64,000 bases of DNA from Gekko japonicus (lineage: Eukaryota). Positions within the stretch are counted from its first letter, which is position 1. Each line of letters begins with the position of its first letter. Below the pieces are notes generated by a model. That model was given only the letters and a program-made list of their open reading frames with translations. It was not told the origin of the DNA and made no database searches. The stretch spans positions 37,869-101,868 of the forward strand of contig NW_015167091.1 in the NCBI RefSeq assembly GCF_001447785.1. The letters are read 5' to 3'. Both the position numbers and the translations under genes were made by a program. Below are positions 1 through 11,473 of this stretch, one piece after another.

Positions 1-32
1 GGATGATAGAGAAAGGTAGATTCCTAACAAAT

Positions 33-467
33 TGTTGGATCCCCAGGCATTCGAAATAACTCCACGTTTGAATCAAAGCAAGGTTTATTTCAAAGCGATG
101 GTTCAGACAGGAACAAGAACATTGTTAGGAATAACTACCAATACACAAGTGTAGCATATAAAAGGGATTTGAACCATGTTGGGCCAATGAGGCCAGTTCC
201 CGCTGGCGGGAATAGAACTCGGAAACGCACGCCTATTCCATGGGAATGTAACAGTCCAATACCATCAACACAGGTTCAGTTCACAGGGTAGATAACCATA
301 ACAAGCTTAGCGAAGCTCTGACTCCCCCCCACCAGCTGCACGACCTTGGCCAGTTCCGCAAAACACAGAGAAGCATAATGAAGCAGTCTAAACCCGGGGG
401 GGGGGGGAGGGGGAAAGCACAAGGCATGTGAAGCAGGTAACATCAGATACAATGGCAGCTAGCTGAC
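33..467 (-). mobile_element. Possible solo LTR
   Basis: Bounded by TG...CA (tgttgg at 33, tgaca ending 467), with a minus-strand AATAAA near 83-88 and CCAAT/TATA-like motifs. No TSD found. Confidence 0.3.
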
Positions 468-822
468 ACCATGTGTGTCATAAAATGTAATGCCATGTAG
501 CGGAGATATAAACTTTAAAAAGGACACAAACACAACGCAGATTTTTTAAACTTAAAAATATGCTTAAAACATTAGCACTCTTGCAATTTTTCGTTTAACA
601 GTGTCTGGTAACTGACACCTCTTGTTCTGAATTATTGCATCAAAATGTCTGTGCTGTTGCAATCTTGAATATGCTGTTCAGGTGTGTATCTGTAAGCTGC
701 AAACCTATGATGATGCAGCAGCAGCAGAACCAGAAGAAGAAGACAGCCAGTTCCACTGCGGGCCTGATGGAAGCCCTCTGGGGGTCTCATCCAGCCCCCA
801 GGCAACATGTTTGACACCCCTG
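468..822. mobile_element. hAT-type MITE, right part
   Basis: Ends in gtttgacacccctg, a hAT/Charlie-like TIR. Internal catgtgtgtcataaaatgtaa...ggagatataaa matches the element starting at 37695. Confidence 0.55.
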
Positions 823-1116
823 CTCTAATTAATGGAAAGTGCAAGGGATGGGAAAGAGACAGATGTTGGCCGTTGCAGCCTCCTTGCAATGTGACCAACC
901 TAGCTGTGAAAGTCCATGGCTAAAACAAAAAACTGACAAAATAGAGAAAGACAGTAGGGGACCTGATTAGACCTTGCTTGGATTATATAGTGCATTGCAA
1001 AGTGCAGTGATGTTTTCAATCAGCTAGATCACTTGAAGTCTGAACCTTTTGCAAGACATCTTCATCAAGAAACTGTGGGGGCCTTTATAACTGAACCACT
1101 GAATGCTTTGCACATG

Positions 1117-1450
1117 CTGCAGTGGCTCAGTGGTTAAGACGCTTAACTGCAGACTGGAAAGTCAGTAGCTCAGCAGTTTGAGACCTAAGTGCCATGTGAT
1201 GGAGTAAGCTCCCGTCTTTGGTCCCAGCTCCTGCCAATCTAGCAGTTAGAAAGCAAGAAATTGCAAGTAGATAAATAAGTACTGCTTTGGTGGGAAGGTA
1301 ACAGTGTTCCGTGCGCCTCGGCGTTTAGTCATGCCGGCCACATGACCACGGAAATGTCTTCGGACAGCACTGGCTCTTTGGCTTGGAAATGGAGATGAGC
1401 ACTGCCCCCAGAGTCGGATTCGACTAGCTTTCGAGCAAGGGAAACCCAAG
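1117..1450 (+). mobile_element. Sauria-type SINE
   Basis: tRNA-like head gtggctcagtggttaagac and body cccagctcctgccaatctagcagtt...aagtagataaata...gtcatgccggccacatgacc; near-identical copy at 56958-57292. Confidence 0.85.
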
Positions 1451-1738
1451 CTGCTTCCAGAAAACTGTTCTCTATCCTTTACTGTCTTACTGAAGGGCAG
1501 ACTTGGGAGCAACAGGAAGGTGAAACCAATTTACAAGTACTTGTTTTAATCCCACTGTTGCAGCTCTTTTCTCCAATATCATAAGCTTAGAAGAATCCTT
1601 GAGTGACATTTTTATGAAAGGACAGACAGACAAGGGACACAGAAATGTAATGTCTGCTTGTATTTTAAAAAGGCCAGCTACCATAATAATAAAACTGATT
1701 CTAAACACCTTTGAGCACAGATAAACCATTGCATTGTA

Positions 1739-1963
1739 TCTATATATCTAATAGCCAAGTTGCCCCCTCCGTGCAGATATCTATATCTGCACTTCGGGGG
1801 CACTTGGGGGGCAGGGAGAGGTTTGTGCACTCTTTGGGCAGTCCCCAGGGGTGCACAAAAATCTGAAAACTAAAAAAAAAATATCGGGGGGATGTTTAAA
1901 TCCCCCCGAAAGTGCCAGAGCGTTCGTGCGCATGCGCACGAACGCTCTGGCACTTTCGGGGGG
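1739..1963 (+). mobile_element. Helitron-like non-autonomous element, 5' part running into the gap
   Basis: Starts A|TCTATATATCTAATAG, resembling a Helitron 5' TC end. Homologous inverted copy at about 14250-14420. Contains a 62-bp perfect palindrome. Confidence 0.45.
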
Positions 1964-2627
1964 NNNNNNNNNNNNNNNNNNNNNNNNNNNNNNNNNNNNN
2001 NNNNNNNNNNNNNNNNNNNNNNNNNNNNNNNNNNNNNNNNNNNNNNNNNNNNNNNNNNNNNNNNNNNNNNNNNNNNNNNNNNNNNNNNNNNNNNNNNNNN
2101 NNNNNNNNNNNNNNNNNNNNNNNNNNNNNNNNNNNNNNNNNNNNNNNNNNNNNNNNNNNNNNNNNNNNNNNNNNNNNNNNNNNNNNNNNNNNNNNNNNNN
2201 NNNNNNNNNNNNNNNNNNNNNNNNNNNNNNNNNNNNNNNNNNNNNNNNNNNNNNNNNNNNNNNNNNNNNNNNNNNNNNNNNNNNNNNNNNNNNNNNNNNN
2301 NNNNNNNNNNNNNNNNNNNNNNNNNNNNNNNNNNNNNNNNNNNNNNNNNNNNNNNNNNNNNNNNNNNNNNNNNNNNNNNNNNNNNNNNNNNNNNNNNNNN
2401 NNNNNNNNNNNNNNNNNNNNNNNNNNNNNNNNNNNNNNNNNNNNNNNNNNNNNNNNNNNNNNNNNNNNNNNNNNNNNNNNNNNNNNNNNNNNNNNNNNNN
2501 NNNNNNNNNNNNNNNNNNNNNNNNNNNNNNNNNNNNNNNNNNNNNNNNNNNNNNNNNNNNNNNNNNNNNNNNNNNNNNNNNNNNNNNNNNNNNNNNNNNN
2601 NNNNNNNNNNNNNNNNNNNNNNNNNNN
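1964..2627. other. Assembly gap (664 N)
   Basis: Run of n. Confidence 1.
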
Positions 2628-3354
2628 GCTTCTCCCCCCCCTGTGTATTTTGCTGTTAACTGATCCTTAAAATGTTTATGCTGCTTTTAAATCCTCACTG
2701 TACACAGTACTGTTTGTGCTGTTTTTATGCTGGTGTATAGTAAGATCTGTTGGAAAATGTTTATGCACCTGGTTTGATTAATTCTTAGTGATTGCAGTTT
2801 CTTCTATTGCAGTGAGTTGATATTTTAACATTGGATTTTTATTGTTTTGTGGCTTTATTGTGATTACAATTTCCTAGCTGCTTCAAGAATCTATGGACAG
2901 AGAGCATAAGGTATAAATATTCTTAATGAACAGACAAATAAAATAAATAATTTATGTGCAGAGGAAACATGTACTAAACCGCTAACTGGATACTGTGTTC
3001 ATCTTTGAACATGAATGATCCTCCTGACTTAAACACCACTGCCGATTCCTGCTGTCGCATCCTGAGGACAGTGCTCCAGAGGAGAACTGACTGGGCCTGC
3101 CTGCAGAGGGCAGGACACCTTAAAGACAATGAGATTCTGTACATTATTCACACACTTTCCTGGGGTAAGTCCCATTGAATAGACCAAAGTAGTATTCTGA
3201 GTAGACATGTTTGGGACTGGCACTGTTAGAGAGCAATGGGCTTAACTTCCAGGAATGTGTTCTTAGGACGGCATTGTTCAAATCACTGCACAAGCCACTG
3301 GTCCTTATGTTAGCGCTGCAGAAGTCTGTGTTCTAATATTTTGATGACTGCAAA

Positions 3355-3592
3355 TAGGTAGCCATGCTAGTCTGTCATAGCAAAATAAAACAAAATCTAG
3401 CAGCACCTTAAAGATTAACAACATATTTCAATATGAACTTTCATGAGTCACAGCTCACGTCTTCAGACAGATGCACGAAGGGAAGGTTGTACCTGGAAAC
3501 TTTCCCCATAGGATTTCTCGGTACAGCTTTCCCGTCACATATCTATCTGTAACTCACAAAAACTTACATTGAAAAATATTTTAGTTTTTAAG
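3355..3592. mobile_element. Penelope-like terminal fragments in inverted arrangement around a short hairpin
   Basis: gcaccttaaagattaac...ctttcatgagtcacagctcacgtcttcagac motif, which recurs at about 38275, 39310, 44390 and 62620. Confidence 0.6.
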
Positions 3593-3877
3593 GTATGGGT
3601 GTCCACCCCCTTTGAACCTGTGGGCAATTTTGAAATTTTGAGAGGGTGTGGTGAGCGCCATCCCAAAATGACTGTTGCAGAAGGTGGAGCCGTATGTGAT
3701 ACTTTCCTCCTCACTTTGCAAAAGTATGAAAGTGTGTGGGTTGAGAGAGAAAGAGTTGGGAGATTAAAAAGAAATGAAGGAAAGTCTGAGAGTGGAATAT
3801 ACTCTACACTAACTAAGGAAAGCCAGAGTGCTTACCAGTCTTCTTGGTTCTCCAGTGGCTGCATCTGCTATTGCAGC

Positions 3878-4432
3878 CATAGAATAATACAGCTGGAAGG
3901 GACCTCCGGGGCCATCTAGTACAATGCCGGAAATTCACAAATACCTCCCTTCCACCTCCAATGACCCCTACTCCATGCCCAGAAGATGGCAATAACAAAC
4001 CAACAAACAAACAAAAAACCCTCCAGGATCACTCGGGGCCAAACTGGCCTGGAGAAAAATTGCTTCCTGACTCCAAAGTGGCAATTAGCATTTCCCTGGG
4101 TGTGTAAGAAAGGGCCACAAGAACTAAGCACTGATGCAACTCTTCCTGCCCTCCCTCTCATGATCTGCCTAAGTTCAAGGAATCAGCATTTGTGTCAGAT
4201 GGCCTTCTAGACTCCATTTAAAATGTCCAAAGAAGAGTGCCCACCACCTCCAGAGGAAGCCTGTTCCACTGAGGAATCGCTCTGTCAGGAAGTTCTTCCT
4301 AATGTTTAGCCAAAAACTCTTTTGATTTAATTTCAACCCGTTGGTTCTGGTCCGACTTTCTGGGGCAACAGGAAACAACTCCTTACCATCCTCTATATGA
4401 CAACCCTTCAAGTATTTGAAGATGGCTATCAT
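3878..4432 (-). mobile_element. CR1 LINE 3' end
   Basis: Minus ORF MIAIFKYLKGCH...RTRTNGLKL...LNIRKNFLT is the CR1 ORF2 C-terminus; 3' UTR shared with 34924-35160 and 39612-40020. Confidence 0.85.
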
Positions 4433-4903
4433 AGAAAGCCCTTTCATTGTATGAGAGCAGCCAGTAACAAGCCCTGCCTTATAACAGCCCTGCCCACTTT
4501 CTGAAAAGCTTTGCCAGTGCTAGGGGAAGTACTGCTAGGTACCATCATGCTCAGGGGCACCATGTTGGGGGACCTTGCTTTAAGGTGCCATGGGATTTTT
4601 GTTCTAGTATCATGTCATCATACATTTAATACTTATGGCTGACTGAAAGTATACCCTCAGTATAGATTTCAGCCATGTCACATTCTTTCGCTATGGAAAC
4701 CAGGTGAGAAAAGAAATTCCTTCTATAACAGTAATTCAGTACATCACCGTTACCACAAACTCCAAAATTAAATGTCATTTTATGCTAATGACAGAAATGT
4801 TTCTCCTTGCTCCTAATTACCGGTTATCCAAACGTTTTAAATGTTAGTCAGATTTACAGCTCTATTCATCATCTCATTTTAACTTTAGAAGTAAGACTTA
4901 AAC

Positions 4904-4954
4904 AAACTCTTAAACACTAAACTCTTAAACACTAAAATCTTAAACACTAAAATC
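4904..4954. repeat. 15-bp tandem repeat (aa[c/a]tcttaaacact) x3
   Basis: Seen directly. Confidence 0.8.
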
Positions 4955-5317
4955 CGTTCATTTCCAAGGAACTAAGTAAGTGTGCTTAGGACAAGGGGCC
5001 CATCAGTTTCTATCCACATTCTTCAGTTCAAATGGTCATTTGTTGTTTAGTATATCATTTAAAATGTTAATGCAGCATGTGTAACAGTTTGGCTTTTTAT
5101 CTTTTAGCTATCATTCTTATGTATATAAGTTCTGTATTGCTTTTTTGTGAATGAACTTTTTTGTGCTGTAAATATTTGTATTTTAATTGTTTTAAATTTA
5201 TTGTGTACACTCAAGTGTGAGCAAAAGTTGGGAAAGGAACACATGAAACTGCTTTATGTGGAATCAAATAACTGTCTACTCTGACTGGCAGCAGCTCTCC
5301 AAGGTCTCAGATGACGT

Positions 5318-8300
5318 GTTCCAGAACAAGGGAAGGTTTTAATTTAAGCTTAATATTATTGTGCATAGGGTTCCTAAACATCGTCAGCTCTAATGGTCGG
5401 TCTGAGGCCCTAGCTGGCTAGGCTAGTGAAGACCACCGGGCACGGTGATGTCTGAGCGGGGGATTCCAGTGCTCCTGGGGAGGGGGAAGTATAGCGGTGG
5501 GGCCAGGCAGAGAATGAAAGGAAGGAGGCAGAGAAATAGGAAAGCTCAGCCCCCTTCCAGCCTGTGCCCCATCTCGAGGGATGTCAGCAGTGGGGCTAGG
5601 ATGATGAACCCCTCTCCGACATTGGTGTTGTGCAACGCCAGGTCTATCAATAATAAGACCATGATCTTTCAGGACTTTGTGCAAGAACAGAAGGTAGACC
5701 TGGCATGCGTGACCGAGACCTGGGTGTGGGATGGGGAGACGGTAGCTCTCTCCCAGCTTGCCCCTCCCGGGTTCTCGGTCCTTCACCAATCACGGACTTG
5801 GGGGCAGGGGGAGTGGCTATATTCATCTGGGAGGCTTACTCCTTCAGGACGCTCCTGTCGCCTAAGATCACGGGCATTGAGTGTGCCGGCCTGGCATGGG
5901 AGGCCAGGGAGAATGTGGCAATTTGGCTGGTGTACCAATAGCCAACTGTCCCTGATGGAGGCTGTTTTAGGCTGGGCATTGAAGCACCCCAGACTTATAG
6001 TCCTGGGTGATTTCAATGTCCATGACGATGATGCAACCCCCAGTCAGGCAGCGGACCTGGTGCCGTCCATGGTGGCACTAGGACTCTCCCAGTATATAAC
6101 AACCTCCACTCACCGGGCTGGGCACACGCTCGATTTGATTTTTGCGGCAGGGGTAATAGTGGACCGAGTTACTGCTTCGGCAGTCCCATGGTTGGACCAT
6201 CATGCCCTGAGGGCCCGCTTAAATGTGCTGCCCCGACCCTGTTTAGGTGGCGAGCGCATTTTTGCTCGCCCGTGGAGCCAGATGGACCCAATGCGGCTTC
6301 GGATGGCTCTACGGGATCCGATGCCCCCTGGCAGCTCATTGGACGAGCTTATGGAGGACTGGCATAGCCAGTTCTCCGCAGTCATTGACGAGATCGCCCT
6401 CTGCGCCCTCACTTCAAGCTCGCTCCTTGGTTTACCCAGGAGCTGCAGCTTATGAAGTGAGAGCTGAGACGGCTAGAGAGACGGTGGCATCACGCCTGTG
6501 ACAAAGCCACAAGAGCATCTTATAGGATGTTTATGAGATCCTACAAGATGCCAGTCAAAGCTGCAAAGAGAGATTTCTACACGGCGGAGATTGCATCCAC
6601 AAGCTCACGCCCAGCCCAATTGTTTAGAATGATTTGGTCTATAACAGCTCTGCCACAGGACAGACTAAATGCTAGGGTATTGGATATTGGCTGTGAGGCA
6701 TTTGCGAGCTTTTTCGCGGATAAAGTCTTGTCGGTCTGCCGCGACCTCCCCACCACAGTTGAAACAGTGAGCGAGCACGTCTTCAGCTTCGGTATTAGAT
6801 CATTTCAGCCCACTCAGCCTGGAGGAAGTTGACAGATTGCTCTTGACTATATGCCCAACCACATGCAGCCTTGATCTGTGTCCTTCCTGGCTCATTAAAG
6901 CGGGCCATGAGGGGTTCCGAGGTGCCCTGAGGGAAATTATCAAGTCCCTCTTAGAGGAACTGTTCCCGGGGGTCTGCCCACTCTTAAACCATTTCTGGGC
7001 CTGGCCGAATTGGCTAATTACTGGCCAGTCTCCAATTTGCCCTGTTTGGGCAAATTAATTGAGAGGGCAGTGGTGATACAGCTACAGGGCTTTATGGAGG
7101 ACACTTCCACGCTCGACCCCTTCCAGTTCGGCTTTTGCCTGGGACATGGGACGGAGACTGCTCTGGTCGCTCTGACTGATGATCTCCAGAGGCATCTGGA
7201 TCGGGGCGGTGTGGCAGTGCTGTTGTTGTTGGACCTGTTGGCTGTGTTCGACATGGTCAACCATCAGTTGCCGCTCCACCGCCTTGCCAACATGGGAATA
7301 CAGGGGCTTGCCTTACAGTGGCTTGCTTCCTTTCTCCAAGGTCAGGGACAAAGGGTGGCAATCGGGGAGCAACAGTCCAGGAGACACCTGCTGGAGTGCG
7401 GAGTGCCTCAAGGGACAGTGCTTTCCCCAATGCTATTTAACATCAATATGCGCCCCCTTGCCCAGATAGCCTGGAGTTATGGAATGGGGTGCCATCAGTA
7501 TGCTGATGACATCCAGCTCTATCTGATGCTGGGTGGCCAGTCGAACTCCAGTCCTGAGTCGGCTGAAACTGAATCTGGTGAAGACAGAGGTCCTGTGTGT
7601 GGGCCAGGGCAGTGTGCGGGTGGGGACCCCACTCCCAGCCTTTGGTGGGGCACCATTGGTGCCAGCGCTGGAGGTTAGGAGCTTGGGTGTGCTCCTGGAC
7701 CCCTCCTTAACAATGGAGGCCCAGATAGCAGCCACTGCCAAGTCGGCCTTTTACCATCTTTGGCTAATTAGGCAGTTGGTTCCCTTCCTTGACTGCAATG
7801 ACCAGGCCATAGTGATCCATGCGACAGTCACCTCGAGACTAGACTACTGCAACGCTCTCTACATGGGGCTGCCCTTGTTGCAAATTCGGAGGCTGCAGCT
7901 AGTGCAGAACGCCGCAGCCAGGCTGTTGATGGGCTTACCTAAAGGGGAACACATCCAGCCTGTGGTGAAGGCCCTGCACTGGCTGCCAATAGCATACCGA
8001 ATCCGTTTCCAGGTGTTGGTGCTTACCTTTAAAGCCCTATATGTCCAGGGTCTGACATACCTGAGGGACCACCTTTCCCCACATATACCCCAGAGAGCAC
8101 TAAGGTCAGGGTCACAGAATCGCTTGACCCTGCCGGGCCCCCAAGTGACTAGGCTCACAATGATGAGGACCAGGGCTTTCTCAGTGGCGGCTCCTTACTG
8201 GTGGAATGAGCTCCCGGAGGAGATCAGGGCCCTGCGGGATTTTTTGCAGTTCTGCAGGGCCTGCAAGACGGAGCTCTTCCACCAGGCCTTCAATTAGGAG

Positions 8301-8604
8301 TGGCCCCCCACCACTACCATCAATGAGCCCGGCCCTCAGTGCCAACATCTGGCCCGTTACATCGAGCAACTCTGAATGACACTGAGCTGGAATCTAGTTG
8401 TGAGACATCTTAATACGCCATCGTAAGCAACGAACTGTAGAACTGAATAGCACCTTATGATTTTATGTTTTAACTTATTATGAAATTATGTATATTGTTT
8501 TATCAGTTTTATTGGCAATTGGGCCACTGCTGTAAGCCACCCGGAGCCCGTTCATGGGGAGGGCGGGGTATAAATTGAAATAATAAAATAAAATAAATAA
8601 TAAA
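5318..8604 (+). mobile_element. L2-clade LINE, ORF2 (APE endonuclease + RT) disrupted by frameshifts and stops
   Basis: APE motifs CNARS, VTETW, LGDFN, GHTLDLIF; RT motifs QFGF, GTETAL, LLDL..FD, GVPQG.VLSP, YADD; L2 C-terminus SRLDYCN, LQLVQNAAARL, LHWLP, RAFSVAAP..WN; (TAAA)n tail. Confidence 0.92.
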
Positions 8605-8705
8605 CGTTTCACTTCACCAACCACCCGACTCTTTGAGCTGGAAAAATTGGGGATGGAACCTGGGACCTTCTGCGTGCAAAGCAAATGTTCTAACAGTCAG
8701 CCATA
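8605..8705 (-). mobile_element. tRNA-derived SINE head; its tail half lies at about 5255-5317, split by the L2
   Basis: Both halves match the reverse complement of the intact SINE at 29396-29597. Confidence 0.7.
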
Positions 8706-10426
8706 ACCTCCTCCCAATGGCATATACATTTGTAAACAGACATATACACACCCTAATATAGAGTTAAGCCTTAAACCTACTGAGACTTAAACCTATTGGT
8801 TTCAATGGGCCTGCTTTACTCTGTAATGAATTTATAATTTGCATGACAAGGAAGGAAAGGTATAGATTACAATAAAATAAAGTATTGTTTGAACAGGGTC
8901 CATATGTCTATGATAAACAAAAGTTAACAATAGCCAGGGGCTTAAAGGGGTACTTTTCCTCTGATACCAGAATGTGAAGGCCTATCCACTCTATTTGAAG
9001 ATGTCTCCTTGCTTTATTCTTATTTCTATTTGAACACACACTAGTAAGCCAGAAATGGCTTGCTGAGCTTCTATGACTTTATTCTGATTGGGATCATAAC
9101 ACTGATCATATAATCAATGGCAGTGTCCATTCCTGTTGCAACTCAATACATGGACAGTTATCTCAATAGCTATAAGCAGTGTTTGCAACAACTGTGGGGC
9201 ATGCAGTCGTCAGTATTATTGTGCCAGTGATGAGAAGGAAATGGCCTCACCATAATACACAAACAGAAATGACTTGCCTTTATGCCACTGGCAATATTTG
9301 ATGCAAATGGAGCCCATTGGGAAGCTTTGGAAGACTTGGACTCATGTACATTAAATGCAAATTCGCACAGGAAAGGCAATAACCTTTTTCTTTCTAATCA
9401 TTTTCAGTCTTTCTGCTCTGGAAGTTTCCTGAGATTGTGTGAGCGTCAGCCAGTTTCCAGTGCAGCCACATAGTTATGTGCAAGCAGCAGCCAGTTTGTT
9501 TAGAAGTGTCTCTGTGACGGACTGCTGAGGCAGGACTGAAATTTGAGCCCATGTGGGAACTGGATATAAAAGGAAACAGTTCTTTCCCAGTTCCCACTGT
9601 CCAATCTTCTGTTTGCATACTCAGAACATAGTGGTTCTGATCACTTACAGCACCTATGTCCCAGATTCATATGGAAATACAATATAAGGTTTTTTACATT
9701 GAACTTGAAAAGATTTTAAAAGATAAAATTAGCTCAATTTTGTAGGTTTCCCCTTTTCAGTAATCTGTAATCATTATCTAACAAATATTTCCCTAAAAAT
9801 AAAAAGGTAAAATTGTTTTTCCCCACTGCAACCAAACTAACTCTGTTTCTCCAATGACAAAAGTAACAAACAAAATTTGTGAAATTAAGCAGTATTTATA
9901 CATAGGTATGTGAATGCACAAAAATTACATTCCTGCAGTATACTTCTTTTCATGCTGAATCTCTTGTAAGAAGTACAGAGCTTGAGGCATAAAGACTAAC
10001 ATTGCAGTGTAAGGCTTTGTGGACGAATACCCACACACTCAAATGCATGAAGTTGCCACAAGTGGACAGTGCAATCCTAAACAGAGTCGCACCCTTCTAA
10101 GCCGAACAAAGTTTGAGGTCACTGGACTCCAAACATTGTTCTCGTGCTTCAGACCAACACGGCTACCCACCTGAATCACCCTTCTAAGCCAACTGACTTC
10201 ATTTGGATTTATAACGGTGTAACTCTGTTAAGGCAATGTATCACAGCAGCTTTTCTGAAATCTGTAAAAATTAAGTACTCAGGACTCAGGAGTTGTTTTT
10301 CCTTTTCCACACTGTAGGATCCTGTAGTAACTCTACCACACCCCTTTCTTAGTTAAGAAGTACTCCCCAAAGCTTCTGGAAGCCAATGGATACACATGCA
10401 AACATAAATCACATGAAAATACCTAC

Positions 10427-10471
10427 CGCTGTAGACCCCGAGGACGTTGCTACAAACACTTTGATCACCAT
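10427..10471 (-). CDS. SH3BGR: SH3BGR coding exon 1 (MVIKVFVATSSGSTA)
   Basis: ATG at 10471, 15 codons matching the SH3BGR-family N-terminus MVIKVFVATSSGS, phase-0 donor GCG|gtaggt; synteny with LCA5L/GET1/HMGN1. Exon 2 not found in the window. Confidence 0.93.
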
Positions 10472-10689
10472 TTTGATGACAGCCACAGGGAACTAACAGC
10501 CCCAGCACGCCTGCTGTGTCAAGGAGTCACGAGAACTGGAACACTGACCCAGGCATGCAGCAGCTCTGCAAGCTGAGAGAAGAATACCAACTGAATATCC
10601 ACTTCACATCAGTCCAGCTGGAGCCCTGTCATTCTTCACTTCTCCAGTTCATTGGTTCTTGGGTATTTTGGGAACGGCCAAGCTACAAG

Positions 10690-10810
10690 GCGATTGGCTG
10701 GTAACAGTATCCATCGCAGAGGGACTGACACCTGCCCCCAGACTCATCACTTTAGAGTGACCGGGTGACAGTCCTAAAAAGGCAAGGGACAGTAACACAC
10801 CAATCAGGCA
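10690..10810 (-). promoter_or_regulatory. Putative SH3BGR proximal promoter (CArG box and CCAAT boxes)
   Basis: Perfect CArG CCTAAAAAGG at 10773-10782, ATTGG near 10693 and CCAAT at 10801, about 220-330 bp upstream of the ATG. Confidence 0.45.
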
Positions 10811-11473
10811 GGGCAAGAGAAGGAGAGGGGGCACAGGGAGAGGAGAGTTAGTTCACAATGCAAGGCTATGTTTAACAGCTTTTTTTTTCCTTATTGAGTT
10901 TCTAGATTCAAGGATTTGTAAAGCCCCTTGTCAAAACAAAATGCTACAGGCTGAATGTTCTGCATAGAGAACTGGATCAAAACATTTTTTTTTCCTTTAT
11001 AAACCAAACCTCCCCTCCCCTCCAGTATATTACTCCATTTTCTGGATTCACTCTGACTGACACCAGCATTCCAGTAGTCTCAAGTCTTTCACATAATTTG
11101 CTACTGGCTCCTTAAAACGAGAGATGTCAGGGATTGGACCAGGGCCTCCTGCATACATTATAAGCAGATGCTCCACCACAGAGCCCACCCTTTTCCATCC
11201 TAAACATTAAAATGATGGATCTCCATTTGAACTGCATTCTCCCGTAAAGTTCATTTATGGCTTTTCTTTTCTTTTTTTAAGATAGCATTTCACATAATAA
11301 ACACCTTCCAATGTACACCCAAAAGCTGGCCAACAACATTGATTCCCACCCCCCCAAATTCTAAAACAAGTATTAGTGCTATTTCTCCAAGCACATTGTG
11401 TGAGAGGAAAACTGATCATATTATGAGGATGTATAAGGCAAAGAAATGCAAGTACTAACTTACACCAACTGTA

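Noticed and set aside
1487-1729. Minus-strand ORF as a candidate SH3BGR exon 2
   Set aside because: No similarity to the expected IRKKQQEVVGFLEANKI-type sequence.
1851-2670. Three long ORFs of 252-270 aa
   Set aside because: Artefacts of translating through the N gap.
5445-8297. RT/endonuclease ORFs as a host gene or novel RT system
   Set aside because: Ordinary L2 ORF2 broken by several frameshifts and stops.
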